Assembly: GCA_963837955.1 (NCBI GenBank)
Contig: CAWIPH010000002.1
Coordinates: forward strand, 4,640,001-4,704,000
Reading direction: 5' to 3'
From: an uncultured Verrucomicrobiae bacterium
GTDB lineage: Bacteria > Verrucomicrobiota > Verrucomicrobiia > Chthoniobacterales > JAFAMB01
DNA: 64,000 bases
Shown: piece by piece, positions 30,972 to 40,906 of the stretch
How the letters are laid out: every line of letters starts with the position of its first letter
How positions within the stretch are numbered: the stretch's first letter is position 1
Translations under genes and position numbers: made by a program
Notes under the pieces: generated by a model
Told to the model about the DNA's origin: nothing
What the model saw: only the letters and a program-made list of their open reading frames with translations
Database searches by the model: none

Positions 30972-31586
30972 TTAGGCGATGGTTATGGCTGTCCGGCCGG
31001 TTAGTGCTCGCGCAATAGTTAAGTCATCAGCGCTTTCGAGACCCAGACCAGCTGGGAGTCCTTGGGCGATCCGAGTAAGCTTAATCCCCGGCTGAGCGAG
31101 ATGTTCCGCCAAGTAGTTGGTGGTCGCCTCCCCTTCCACATCAGCTCCCAGGGCCAAGATAATTTCCTGGGGGGCATCACGTCGCACCCGTTGGATCAAC
31201 GCGTCAATGCGCAAGTCCTCAGGACCAACGTGATCGAGCGGCGAAAGCTTGCCACCCAAAGTGAAATAGAGCCCCCGAAACGCGCCGGTCCTTTCCAACG
31301 GCAGTACGTCCGTCGGCTGTTCCACCACACACAAAACCCCTCGATCTCGGGTCGAGTCGGAACAAATCACGCACAATCCTGATTCCGAAAAAAATCCGCA
31401 CTCTGGGCAACTCGTGATCCCTTTCATCGACCGCAAAATTGCATCCGCGACCTCGTCCGGTCGCGCATCACGCGATTGAACCATCCAGAGTGCAATCCGC
31501 TCCGCACTCCGCGGACCGATGCCGGGCATCCGGCGTAATTGTCGGATTAGTTCCTGCAACAGAGTGGGATATTCCGTTCTCGCCAT
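30972..31586 (-). CDS. recR: Recombination mediator RecR
   Basis: PGIGPRSAERIA, CPECG...CVIC zinc finger, toprim domain, EGEATT. Confidence 0.95.
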   Translation of the reverse strand: MARTEYPTLLQELIRQLRRMPGIGPRSAERIALWMVQSRDARPDEVADAILRSMKGITSCPECGFFSESGLCVICSDSTRDRGVLCVVEQPTDVLPLERTGAFRGLYFTLGGKLSPLDHVGPEDLRIDALIQRVRRDAPQEIILALGADVEGEATTNYLAEHLAQPGIKLTRIAQGLPAGLGLESADDLTIARALTGRTAITIA

Positions 31587-31606
31587 AAGTCCGAACAACG
31601 TGAGAG

Positions 31607-33193
31607 CTAGGTCGAGTCTTTTTCGACACGCTCTGTGCGGTAAAATTCAACCACCCGCTCACTCAAGAACTTATCCGGATCGTCCAAGGCGCTAACGGGA
31701 AATCGAAACTGCAAGTTGCGATCACGATCGCGAAGCAGCTTCAAGCCATAGGGGTAATCCTTAAAGAGGTCAGCGCAGAAAACGCTGATCTCTTCTTGGG
31801 CGGTCCGGGCTCGGGCGACTATCTCGGAAGCCGCGTCCGGATCAATCGAAAACTCGACTCCAGTTTTCTGAGAAAAAGCTTCAGCGAATTGGAGGATCTG
31901 ATTCATCTGGTTCTGGTCTGTTTCGGCTCGAGCCTGGGCGAGGAGCGCTTCGAGCTTACCTGCCGGGTCGCGCACCAATGCAGCGTCTACCGTTAAGTTG
32001 CGGATTCCTGTACCAGGTAGCTCGAATTTGAAATCGCGCAGCACGCGCTCACAAACAGTGACTAAGGCACGGGCACCCGTCTTCTCCATCTCGGCTAGCC
32101 TCGCTACCTCGCGCAGGGCGTCATCTTGAAACTCCAGATGAATCCCAAAGGCTTCAAAGGCGCGACGATATTGCCGAATCACACTACCCTCAGAGGTCTT
32201 CAAGATCGCGAAGTAGTCATTCGCGTCCAGTTCCTCACAGACTACCCGCACGGGAAGGCGACCGACAAATTCGGGTTCTAATCCAAACTCAATGAAGTCT
32301 CTCGTGTCAGCGGCATGAAAAATCTGCCCAGCTTCGAGTGGCGCCGGTTCCGCTCCAAACCCGATGCTAGCCTCACGCAAACGACGATCGACCTGTTCTC
32401 GCAGCCGATCAAAAGCCCCACTGCAAATGAAAAGGATGTGACGTGTGTTAATGACTTCTTTTCTTGTTTTGCCCCGCTTCTGGAACTCGATAGCAGACTG
32501 GATTTGCGACTGGATGTCCATCGGGTTGCGCAGCGGGACTTCCGTCTCTTCCATTAACTTGAGGAGTGTGGTCTGCACACCGCGCCCGCTTACGTCGCGG
32601 CCAACCATTTTGCCGCTCGTCGCGAGTTTATCGATTTCGTCTACGTAAATAATTCCATACTGCGCCAAGGCATGATCGCCGTCTGCCCGTTGCACCAGCT
32701 CGCGAACTAGATCGTCCACGTCTCCTCCGACGTAACCGGTCTCGCTGAATTTCGTCGCATCGGCTTTGACAAACGGGACGCCGATCAGCTCCGCGATGTG
32801 CTTGACCAAATAAGTTTTGCCGACGCCGGTGGGCCCTAAAATCAGGACATTGCTTTTAATATATTCAATTGCTCCGGCGGCTTTCGGATCCTCTTTCTCG
32901 AGGCGGCGAATCAAATTCACATGGTTATAGTGATCGCATACAGCGATCGCTAACGTCTTCTTTGCGTCGTCCTGCCGGATAACGAAGCGGTCAAGATGCG
33001 CTTTTACCTGCTTCGGGGTGAGTCGAAATTCGAGCGGGTCAAAATTCTCGACCGGCTGGACTTGAGGCTCTTCCTCGGTCGTCTCCGGTTGGGTGAACGC
33101 CGCCACGGACACCTTGTCGCCAAAGTTCGCCTTCATGAACTCCTGAATTTTTTTCTGTAGCTCTTGCGGCGACGGAAATGGTGTTTCTGCCAT
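31607..33193 (-). CDS. ClpX-like AAA+ ATPase without zinc-binding domain
   Basis: GPTGVGKT, DATKFSETGYVG, DEIDK, RDVSGRGVQ, IGF loop, PEFVGRLP. Confidence 0.85.
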   Translation of the reverse strand: MAETPFPSPQELQKKIQEFMKANFGDKVSVAAFTQPETTEEEPQVQPVENFDPLEFRLTPKQVKAHLDRFVIRQDDAKKTLAIAVCDHYNHVNLIRRLEKEDPKAAGAIEYIKSNVLILGPTGVGKTYLVKHIAELIGVPFVKADATKFSETGYVGGDVDDLVRELVQRADGDHALAQYGIIYVDEIDKLATSGKMVGRDVSGRGVQTTLLKLMEETEVPLRNPMDIQSQIQSAIEFQKRGKTRKEVINTRHILFICSGAFDRLREQVDRRLREASIGFGAEPAPLEAGQIFHAADTRDFIEFGLEPEFVGRLPVRVVCEELDANDYFAILKTSEGSVIRQYRRAFEAFGIHLEFQDDALREVARLAEMEKTGARALVTVCERVLRDFKFELPGTGIRNLTVDAALVRDPAGKLEALLAQARAETDQNQMNQILQFAEAFSQKTGVEFSIDPDAASEIVARARTAQEEISVFCADLFKDYPYGLKLLRDRDRNLQFRFPVSALDDPDKFLSERVVEFYRTERVEKDST

Positions 33194-33338
33194 CGACAAT
33201 CATAAGCTGCCCGAATTCCCATCGCAAGATGGCGCCATGAAGCCCACCGACGGGATGACCAATAGCCAATCACAATGAGCTGAACCTGACCTCAGTGAAT
33301 TTTGCGTTTCATACTAGATTCAAGCTAAGCTCAGCTTC

Positions 33339-33914
33339 ATGATGGTCTTCCCCCCTAGAGCCAAATGTTTCTATCCGGCGTTGCTCTTAATTTTTCTGGT
33401 CACGGCAGCCTTTGCCGATCAGAAAGGGAGTTTCCAGCTTCGGATTGCCGGGCTTGACCCCAACGGCGAAATTCCCAATGACTTTGTTTGGAACCAGTTC
33501 GGTTGCAAAGGAAAGAATCTATCCCCTGAGATTAGCTGGACCGGAATTCCAGGCGGGACAAAGAGCTTTGCTTTCGCTGTTTGGGATTCGGACGCTCCAA
33601 AATCGGGCGGTTTCTATCATTGGATGATCCTCAACATTCCAAATTCAGCCCGGGATCTTCCAGCCGGCACCGGCAATATTGAGAAGCGGATGACTCCGTC
33701 TGGAGCAGTACAGTTGAAAAACGATTATGGCGATCCTGGGTACGGGGGCCCGTGTCCGCCGGGACACCAGGTGCATCATTACCACTTTGTGCTTTATGCC
33801 CTCCGAGTCGAGCGGCTGCCGGTCGATCAAAGAACTCCTCCAGGAACCGCCGCGGCCCAACTCCAGAGCGAGATCTTGGCTAAGGCAGAAGTTGTTGGGA
33901 TCTACGGCCGGTGA
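33339..33914 (+). CDS. YbhB/YbcL (PEBP/Raf kinase inhibitor-like) protein, secreted
   Basis: NLSPEISW, DSDAP, FYHW, YGGPCPP, HHYHFVLYAL. Confidence 0.92.
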   Translation: MMVFPPRAKCFYPALLLIFLVTAAFADQKGSFQLRIAGLDPNGEIPNDFVWNQFGCKGKNLSPEISWTGIPGGTKSFAFAVWDSDAPKSGGFYHWMILNIPNSARDLPAGTGNIEKRMTPSGAVQLKNDYGDPGYGGPCPPGHQVHHYHFVLYALRVERLPVDQRTPPGTAAAQLQSEILAKAEVVGIYGR

Positions 33915-34030
33915 GGGTTGCGGCCGGAACACCAAGCCGACGTGGTCGGATGCTGATCAGCCAGATCTTGCAAGTCCGACGAGAAATGTCCCCCAACGAA
34001 ACCCTGAGGCCCGCTCACGAAGCAATCGGC

Positions 34031-34210
34031 TCAGGCCTCGTCCTCGTACTCGGCTTGGGCACGCAACGAGTCTTTGATAAGTTGGATCACATAGTCATAT
34101 CGACTGAGACCGTTGATCAGGCGATGCAACTCCAGGCGTTCGGCGTCTTCCGGGTCTAGCGCCTCCCAGAGAGCATTGGTGTAGGCTTGGCTATCGAGCT
34201 TCGGGGACAT
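34031..34210 (-). CDS. Small 59-aa protein, RHH/CopG-like; below the ORF-track cutoff
   Basis: MSPKLDSQAYTNALWEALDPEDAERLELHRLINGLSRYDYVIQLIKDSLRAQAEYEDEA*, translated by hand. Confidence 0.5.
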   Translation of the reverse strand: MSPKLDSQAYTNALWEALDPEDAERLELHRLINGLSRYDYVIQLIKDSLRAQAEYEDEA

Positions 34211-34259
34211 AGTTCAGTCAACGGCAAAAAATCGCGGGGCTTTAGCTTGGATTTTTGCA

Positions 34260-34600
34260 CTAGGGAGACGCCTCCGCGTGTCCGTTTTGCCTCGTCGCCA
34301 ACTCTCGCCATTTTGCGCGCCACGAACGGACTCGCGGGTCGCCTGCGCAAGGTACGGCGCGCCTAGCGTTGAGTCTGAGAAACACCGTAGAACCGGCTAC
34401 GCCGACACGTCCGACGACGTGTCCGACGAAGCCTCCTCCGATGTTCGTACGATGACTTACGGTCGGCGAAGGCGGGCTTGTCCGCCATAGCCCGCCCGTC
34501 CCATCAAAGCCAATATGCTTACAATTTGGCGGCGGCGGAAAGCGTCAGCGAAGGAGGAAGTCCCGCGAATGCGGGACGTAGTCGGGAGCGCGTCCCTACC
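34260..34600. repeat. Composite REP/MITE-like element (families B/C and A)
   Basis: TAGGGAGACGC...GCGTCCCTACC termini; contains ACGTGTCCGACGAAGC (family A) and TACGGCGCGCCTAGCGTTGAGTCTGAGAAAC. Confidence 0.65.
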
Positions 34601-34608
34601 GTGGACAT

Positions 34609-35373
34609 TTATCGCTCCGCTTTCTTTGCCTCGTCCCAGAGTTGATCCAATTCCTGCAAAGAAAGGGCGGAAAGCTGAATACCTCTTTCGATCGACAACG
34701 TTTCCATGGCCCGAATCCGTCGGGAAAACTTTTCGGTAGCCGCCCGTAATAAGTCCTCCGCGTCCAGCTTTCGCTTTCGAGCAAAATTTACGATAGAAAA
34801 CAAAAGATCGCCGAGTTCCTCCGAAAGTTGCTCCGAGCTTTGAGCGCCTTCAATTTCCGAAATTTCTTCACGGATCTTTGCTAGAACGTCTTGTGCCTCC
34901 GGCCAGTCAAACCCGGCGCGAGCAGCCTTTGCTTGCACCCTCTGGGCCTGGGCAAGTGCCGGCAATGTTCGAGGCACTCCGTCGAGGATCGATTTTCGCT
35001 CTTCTTTCTCGGAGCGCTTGATTGCGTCCCATTGGCGTAAAACAGCATCGCTGGTTGGGAGCTTGTTCTCGCCGAAAACATGCGGATGCCTGCGCACGAG
35101 TTTATCGGCGATCCTGTCGGCGACTTGATCAAATTGAAATCGGCCTTCTTCGCTCGCCATCTGCGCATGCAGAACTACCTGGAGCAAAAGGTCGCCAAGT
35201 TCCTCGAGAAGAGCGTCGTCATCCTGATCGTCGATGGCATCGATCAGTTCGTAGCACTCTTCGAGAAGGTGCGGCTTGAGCGTTGCGTGTGTCTGTTCGC
35301 GATCCCAAGGACAGCCATCTGGTGCCCGCAATTTGGAAACTATTTCCCGAAGGCGATCAATGGAAGAAGTCAT
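34609..35373 (-). CDS. mazG: Nucleoside triphosphate pyrophosphohydrolase MazG
   Basis: GCPWDREQT, EELGDLL twice, RRHPHVF. Confidence 0.95.
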   Translation of the reverse strand: MTSSIDRLREIVSKLRAPDGCPWDREQTHATLKPHLLEECYELIDAIDDQDDDALLEELGDLLLQVVLHAQMASEEGRFQFDQVADRIADKLVRRHPHVFGENKLPTSDAVLRQWDAIKRSEKEERKSILDGVPRTLPALAQAQRVQAKAARAGFDWPEAQDVLAKIREEISEIEGAQSSEQLSEELGDLLFSIVNFARKRKLDAEDLLRAATEKFSRRIRAMETLSIERGIQLSALSLQELDQLWDEAKKAER

Positions 35374-35538
35374 AGAAAAGTGAAGTAGCCTGATCCTCCT
35401 GGCTCAGGGAAATGTGATTGGTAAAAGGTGAATAGCGATTGGTGAAGTGTTGTCGCGCGATAATTTTCCATTTGACCCAGGCCGATCACCTCTCAATACC
35501 AATCACATTAGGACTGCGCTGAGGCCGGAGCATCAGCA

Positions 35539-36381
35539 CTACTTGCCGTCCTGCTCGAGTAACTTCGCGCGCGCCCGCTCCAAAGTCTCCCGCTCCTTCG
35601 AAGTCAGACTCGCCAAGCCGTTCTTAGAGATTTTGTCGAGCAGCCGATCCATTTCGTTGAGATCAGGAGTCTGTTGATCACGACTGGAGGGCCGTGCAAA
35701 TGAGGAAGGACGCGCGACGACCTTAAATTTGGGTCGTCGCCAGAATTCGAACGGGTTGGGAATTCGCGGGAGTTCCCCGCCATACTGAAGGTAGCGGATG
35801 TATCCGAGCGAAGCTCCGCACACGAGCGTAACGACCAGCGCGCTTATCCAATCGCGCTGGTTCACACAAACCAATATCTGGATGGCATAAGAAATAATGC
35901 CGATCCACTTCAGGGGAAATATCCCGAACCATTGGAGATTCGGGTAAAGCGTGCAAAAGGCGACAAAGAACCCTATTGCGACCTGGAAGTCGCCGTAAAA
36001 CGAAGCGGATTGACCGGTCGCCAGCATCCAACCCGTCAGAACCGCAATCGGAGTCAGAAGCAGGATGCCATAGAGAACGAGAAAACGGGCGCGACCAATA
36101 TATTTTTCAACCTCGACCGCCGAAAAGTAGAGGAAAAAAAGTCCGAACAGAGTGAAGAACGAGGGCCGGTTGATAAATGTGCAAAAAAAGATTTGCCAGA
36201 TCTGACCGTGCAAGAAAGCCGTGGTGGGGAAAAAAATGAGGTTCGCCATCAGCGGTTCGAGGATCGTCGTCAGTACGATACCGACGGCGTAGGCGATCGT
36301 GAGAATCGTAGCACAGTAGATCGGATGGCCCCGAAAGTAGGAAACCGGCCGATCCTCATTAAAACTCGATAGCAACGCCAT
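35539..36381 (-). CDS. Rhomboid-like membrane protein with C-terminal DUF6576-like motif
   Basis: GQIWQ, multiple TM segments, MDRLLDKISKNGLASLTSKERETL. Confidence 0.7.
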   Translation of the reverse strand: MALLSSFNEDRPVSYFRGHPIYCATILTIAYAVGIVLTTILEPLMANLIFFPTTAFLHGQIWQIFFCTFINRPSFFTLFGLFFLYFSAVEVEKYIGRARFLVLYGILLLTPIAVLTGWMLATGQSASFYGDFQVAIGFFVAFCTLYPNLQWFGIFPLKWIGIISYAIQILVCVNQRDWISALVVTLVCGASLGYIRYLQYGGELPRIPNPFEFWRRPKFKVVARPSSFARPSSRDQQTPDLNEMDRLLDKISKNGLASLTSKERETLERARAKLLEQDGK

Positions 36382-36497
36382 AATCCAAGAGACTGATTGC
36401 GTAATACCGTTGTTATCTTAAGGGAAAATTGTGGCAGCGGCAAGAAGAGCCCGCGGTTTGCTTCTCGTTCGGAGGAACGCTAGTCTGCCCAAGCGCA

Positions 36498-39400
36498 ATG
36501 GCACAATCGTTCGATGTTTCACGAGCCCGAAATGGGTCGTTCACCGCAAAGGCTCGTAATCTCGCCGCGCACACGCTACGACGACTTCCGTGGAGCAGGC
36601 GCACCAAGACAGACAACCGAAACCTGTTGCCGCTGTTAATTCAGGTGCTCGCCGGATTTTCCAAAGTCGACGGCCGAATTCTGGAAGAAGAAATCGACTC
36701 GAGTTTAGGTTTCCTTCGCTACGACTATCCCGAAGCGGTCTACTCCGAGCTTCGCCTGCTATTTCAAAAGGCTCTGAAAGAGCCTCAGGATCTTTCCGCG
36801 ATGGCGAAGCGTTTGGCTGAGGAATTAAGCCAAGACCGCAAAATCATGCTCGGCGTTCAGCTCTACGATTTGATCGCGAAGGCCGGGATGCAGCAAGAGC
36901 AAGTCATCGCGTACTATTCGTTCATGTCCCAACTGGGTATGGCCGCCCAGGCGATCGACATTGTCTACCAACTCAACGCGGCCGACCTTGCAGATACTTC
37001 TGTCTACCAAAAAGGAACTTCGCCGTTAGAGTCCGTTGTTTTCGGGGACAGCCCGACCATTGATGTGCCCCTTAAAGACCTGAAAGAGGGTGATCGGCTG
37101 ATGGCCTATCGTTACCATGAGCTGATCCTGTTCAAGAATCTGAGTTCTCGGCCGGTGGTAGTCCGAGGTCGAGCGTTGGCGCCGGGCGAATTCTGTCGCA
37201 TTTACCCTGGTCAGAGAATCATCGTCGGCGAACAAGTCATTACTCACCAGGATCTTGTCTTTTACTTCAACGCAAAAAAGAACGTTTCGCTTCCACACAT
37301 CTTCGTCACCGTCACTCAAAACGACGAAGTGCAACTCGAAAAGGCGAGAACTCGCGACAGCTGTCTCGAGGTGAAATTTGGCCTCAAAGTCCAAGTCGCG
37401 GCTCTCAAAAACGTGGGTGCCTCTCTCAACGGGACAGAATTGAAAGCTGGCATCACGGCCGTGGGCTCTCTGGAGGACCGGATCGTTTTCGAGAATTCTA
37501 GCGAGCTGCTGCTTTCCGATTTGCGACGGCGTGCTCGGGCGTTGGGCGGAAGGTTTCAGCTCAAGGCCTCGAAATCAAAGTACCTGGTATCGAACAACCC
37601 GGCGCTTTTGGAGGCGGACGATATCCTGCTGAGTCCCGGAACGGTCGGGGAAGTACTCCTCAAAATCACTTGTGATTACGATCATCTCGTCGGCACTCTG
37701 CAGGTCTTGCAGGCCGATCGCCCGATCATGGTCGGCGACGCGATCGTGCGCAATACTGCGCACCTGGTCGATGGCGATATCATCCGCATCGACACCGGTC
37801 AGGTACTCCGATGTGATTTTTCGGAACAAATCATTGAAGAGGAGCGTAACATCATCCGGCATCTCGAGGTTCGAGACGTCTCGCTTCGATTTTCCTCAGG
37901 AGATGTTGCTCTGGACGGAATCTCGCTTTCGGTCAGCCGCGGAGAAATGGTCTGCGTCATGGGGGCTAGCGGATCGGGCAAGAGCACCTTGCTAAAAGCG
38001 ATCTGTGGTCAAAATGAACCGACCAACGGTAGAGTTCTCCTGAACGGCCAATCCCTTTACGAAGATCGGGAGGCGTTGCGAGAATATGTCGCCTACATAC
38101 CCCAGGATGATGCTTTCGATGAACATCTGACGATCCTGGAGAACCTTGACTACGCCGCGGCCATTCGGTCTCCCCATCTTTCCGCCAAGGACCGCATGCG
38201 CAGGATCGACAGCAAACTTATCGAGCTCGGCCTTTCGGAGCGACGGGACAGCTTGGTTGGGACGCCGGTAAAGAAGTATTTGAGCGGCGGCGAACGCAAA
38301 CGCTTAAACATCGGCCTCGATATGATCAGCTCGGCCGACATCTACCTCTTCGACGAGCCGACCTCAGGCCTGTCGTCCAAGGATTCCGAGCATGTCATCG
38401 AGATTATTCGCGGCCTCTCTCATAACAAGATCGTCTTGGTCACCATCCATACCCCGACCTCGAAGATCTTTCAGATGTTTAGCAAGGCGGCTCTCTTGGA
38501 CAAGGGCGGCCGATTGGTCTTCTTCGGTACTCCGCAAGAGATGTTGCAATACTTTGCCTCCGCGGAACACCAGCAACATTTCGGCACGGAACTGGGTAGC
38601 TGTCCCTCCTGCGGAACCACTCGACCGGAATTTATCTTTGACGTCTTGGAAAGTCCGCTTCGTGATCTGAGCGGCGACGTCATTTACGAAGAGAATAGCA
38701 AAGGTCAGCTTGTCGCATCGCGCCGATATTCCCCTGATTATTGGCGGGATAAATACGAATCGTTTCGGTTGATCCAGGAAATGCGCCAGGTCCCCGTGGT
38801 GCACCAGACCGCAACAGCGCTCCCGATACCGGCCGCGCGCAAGGACCCGATCAGATGGAGGGACGAGTGGGTAAGGTTTACCACAGTCTTTAAGCGAGCA
38901 TTCATCAGCAAGCTCCGGAACCGGACCAACGTATGGATGACTCTTTTTGAAGCCCCGCTTCTGGCTGCGCTCATCGGCTTCGTCTTGCGTTACGCGGAAA
39001 ATACGCGTTACGACTTCGCGGCCGCATTTCACATTCCTACCTATCTCTTTCTCTCCTTGATTGTCGCTATGTTCCTCGGCCTGACCAATAGTGCCGATGA
39101 CATCATTCGAGACCGAACGATACTCCAGAGAGAGCGTAACCTAAACATCCACCTTCCTTACTACGTCGTTTCGAAATTCATCACCCTTGCGCTCTTTAGC
39201 TTGGCCCAATCGATTCTTTTCGTGCTGATCGGAAACACGATTCTCGAAATCCGTGGCATGTTCTGGCCGTATCTCTGGTTTGTCGGAACCACCGCGATCA
39301 GTGGAGTGGCTGGGGGTCTTCTCATTTCGTCAATAGTCGATGACGCCAAAACGGCTGCGAACATCGTCCCGCTCGTTCTGATTCCGCAAATTATCCTGGG

Positions 39401-40070
39401 TGGCGCTTTGATTAAGTACGAAGAGATGAACCGCAATCTTGATTTTTTTTACTTTTTCACCCGAGACCGAATCGCGAAGGCCCAGCAGGTTTCAGGAGAA
39501 GATATGAAGCCACAGAATGTCGAGGTGCCGCTGGTTTGCGAGTTCATTCCGACGCGTTGGGCCTATGAGGCGATCGTCGTGGCGCAGGGGAAACTCAACC
39601 CGTTTACCAAACGGCAAGATCTTCTCACGGAAAAGATTCAAGAGCTCGCCCACAAGCCGGACCTGTCGGAAGCCGAACAAAACCGTCTAGAAGACCTGAA
39701 GGTGGCTCTGGCTATACTCTCGGGTTTGGGAGGCAAGGATGTCGGTCAAATCAATTCGCGCTTGCACGAAATTGATCGAATTCTGGGCGGAAAAGATCTG
39801 AATGAAGGTCTGTTTGATCGTCAGGAGAACAAGATCACGGCCGAGGAGCTGTATCAGAACAAGAAGGTTACGGATATGCTCACCGATGCCCAGATGAAGC
39901 AAAGAGATTACACGTCGAAACCGCGCAATGTTTTTTTTGGACCGGAGAAGAGCTATTTCGGAGTGACGGTTAGCGTTTTGGTTTTCAACTCCCTGGTTAT
40001 TAACGCTTTCACCGGATTTTTCTTATTGTTGTTGTTAGGGCGCTTAAATCAGCAACTCAGAACAAGCTGA
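36498..40070 (+). CDS. Large fused ABC transporter (TerB-like N-terminus, FHA-like region, NBD, ABC-2 permease)
   Basis: GASGSGKST, LSGGERKR, FDEPTSGL, six TM segments; N-terminal KVDGRILEEE TerB-like motif. Confidence 0.82.
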   Translation: MAQSFDVSRARNGSFTAKARNLAAHTLRRLPWSRRTKTDNRNLLPLLIQVLAGFSKVDGRILEEEIDSSLGFLRYDYPEAVYSELRLLFQKALKEPQDLSAMAKRLAEELSQDRKIMLGVQLYDLIAKAGMQQEQVIAYYSFMSQLGMAAQAIDIVYQLNAADLADTSVYQKGTSPLESVVFGDSPTIDVPLKDLKEGDRLMAYRYHELILFKNLSSRPVVVRGRALAPGEFCRIYPGQRIIVGEQVITHQDLVFYFNAKKNVSLPHIFVTVTQNDEVQLEKARTRDSCLEVKFGLKVQVAALKNVGASLNGTELKAGITAVGSLEDRIVFENSSELLLSDLRRRARALGGRFQLKASKSKYLVSNNPALLEADDILLSPGTVGEVLLKITCDYDHLVGTLQVLQADRPIMVGDAIVRNTAHLVDGDIIRIDTGQVLRCDFSEQIIEEERNIIRHLEVRDVSLRFSSGDVALDGISLSVSRGEMVCVMGASGSGKSTLLKAICGQNEPTNGRVLLNGQSLYEDREALREYVAYIPQDDAFDEHLTILENLDYAAAIRSPHLSAKDRMRRIDSKLIELGLSERRDSLVGTPVKKYLSGGERKRLNIGLDMISSADIYLFDEPTSGLSSKDSEHVIEIIRGLSHNKIVLVTIHTPTSKIFQMFSKAALLDKGGRLVFFGTPQEMLQYFASAEHQQHFGTELGSCPSCGTTRPEFIFDVLESPLRDLSGDVIYEENSKGQLVASRRYSPDYWRDKYESFRLIQEMRQVPVVHQTATALPIPAARKDPIRWRDEWVRFTTVFKRAFISKLRNRTNVWMTLFEAPLLAALIGFVLRYAENTRYDFAAAFHIPTYLFLSLIVAMFLGLTNSADDIIRDRTILQRERNLNIHLPYYVVSKFITLALFSLAQSILFVLIGNTILEIRGMFWPYLWFVGTTAISGVAGGLLISSIVDDAKTAANIVPLVLIPQIILGGALIKYEEMNRNLDFFYFFTRDRIAKAQQVSGEDMKPQNVEVPLVCEFIPTRWAYEAIVVAQGKLNPFTKRQDLLTEKIQELAHKPDLSEAEQNRLEDLKVALAILSGLGGKDVGQINSRLHEIDRILGGKDLNEGLFDRQENKITAEELYQNKKVTDMLTDAQMKQRDYTSKPRNVFFGPEKSYFGVTVSVLVFNSLVINAFTGFFLLLLLGRLNQQLRTS

Positions 40071-40310
40071 CCATGACAGCTGGCGGAAGGGGGCCTGCAT
40101 CGCAAGGCCATGCAGGCGGCTTCTTTCGGACCCTAGCCGCCGGGTACTCAATCGCCACCTGGGTTTGAGGCCAGAGGCGACTGCGGCTAGAGGACTGATT
40201 TGCGTGCCACACGCCGCAATGCTGGCACGAATTGCTTCAAGCGTGCCTCGCTGCTGGGACAGTCGCCGCTACCATAGGTGCCGCCTCTATGCTATCCATA
40301 CCGGATTGTT

Positions 40311-40901
40311 ATGACACAGCGTCACGCCTCCCGTCGTCGTGCAACGACCGAAACTGCGGTCTCTATTGATTTGCAGATTGATGGAACCGGCGCCTCGACT
40401 ATTGAGACCGGCATTCCGTTTTTTGACCATATGCTGACGTTGCTCGCCAAACATAGTTTGTTCGATCTTCGCATCGAAACACGAGGCGACCTTGCCGTGG
40501 ACTTTCACCACACCGTCGAAGACACCGGCATTCTCCTTGGCCAGTGTCTCAATGAAGCTTTGGGAGAAAAGACAGGGATCCGACGCTACGGTTCTGCCCT
40601 CGTCCCGATGGATGAAACTTTAGCTCAGGTGGCTATCGACTTAAGCGGACGGCCGTTCCTCAGCTTTCGGACGGTCGAAGTAACCGGTCCGATCGGTAAC
40701 TTTGATTTCGACCTAATCGAAGAGTTCCTGCGCGCTTTCGCCAATCACGCGGCCCTGAATCTTCACGCTGAGATAAGGTATGGCCGAAACAGTCATCATA
40801 TGGCTGAGGCGATCTTCAAAGGACTTGCTAAATCGTTGGATCACGCTTGCCAGATAGATCCACGCGTGACCGGAGTGCCGAGTTCAAAAGGAACGTTATA
40901 G
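40311..40901 (+). CDS. hisB: Imidazoleglycerol-phosphate dehydratase
   Basis: FFDHML, HHTVED, PMDE, NSHHMAEAIFK, PSSKG. Confidence 0.96.
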   Translation: MTQRHASRRRATTETAVSIDLQIDGTGASTIETGIPFFDHMLTLLAKHSLFDLRIETRGDLAVDFHHTVEDTGILLGQCLNEALGEKTGIRRYGSALVPMDETLAQVAIDLSGRPFLSFRTVEVTGPIGNFDFDLIEEFLRAFANHAALNLHAEIRYGRNSHHMAEAIFKGLAKSLDHACQIDPRVTGVPSSKGTL

Positions 40902-40906
40902 CTACC

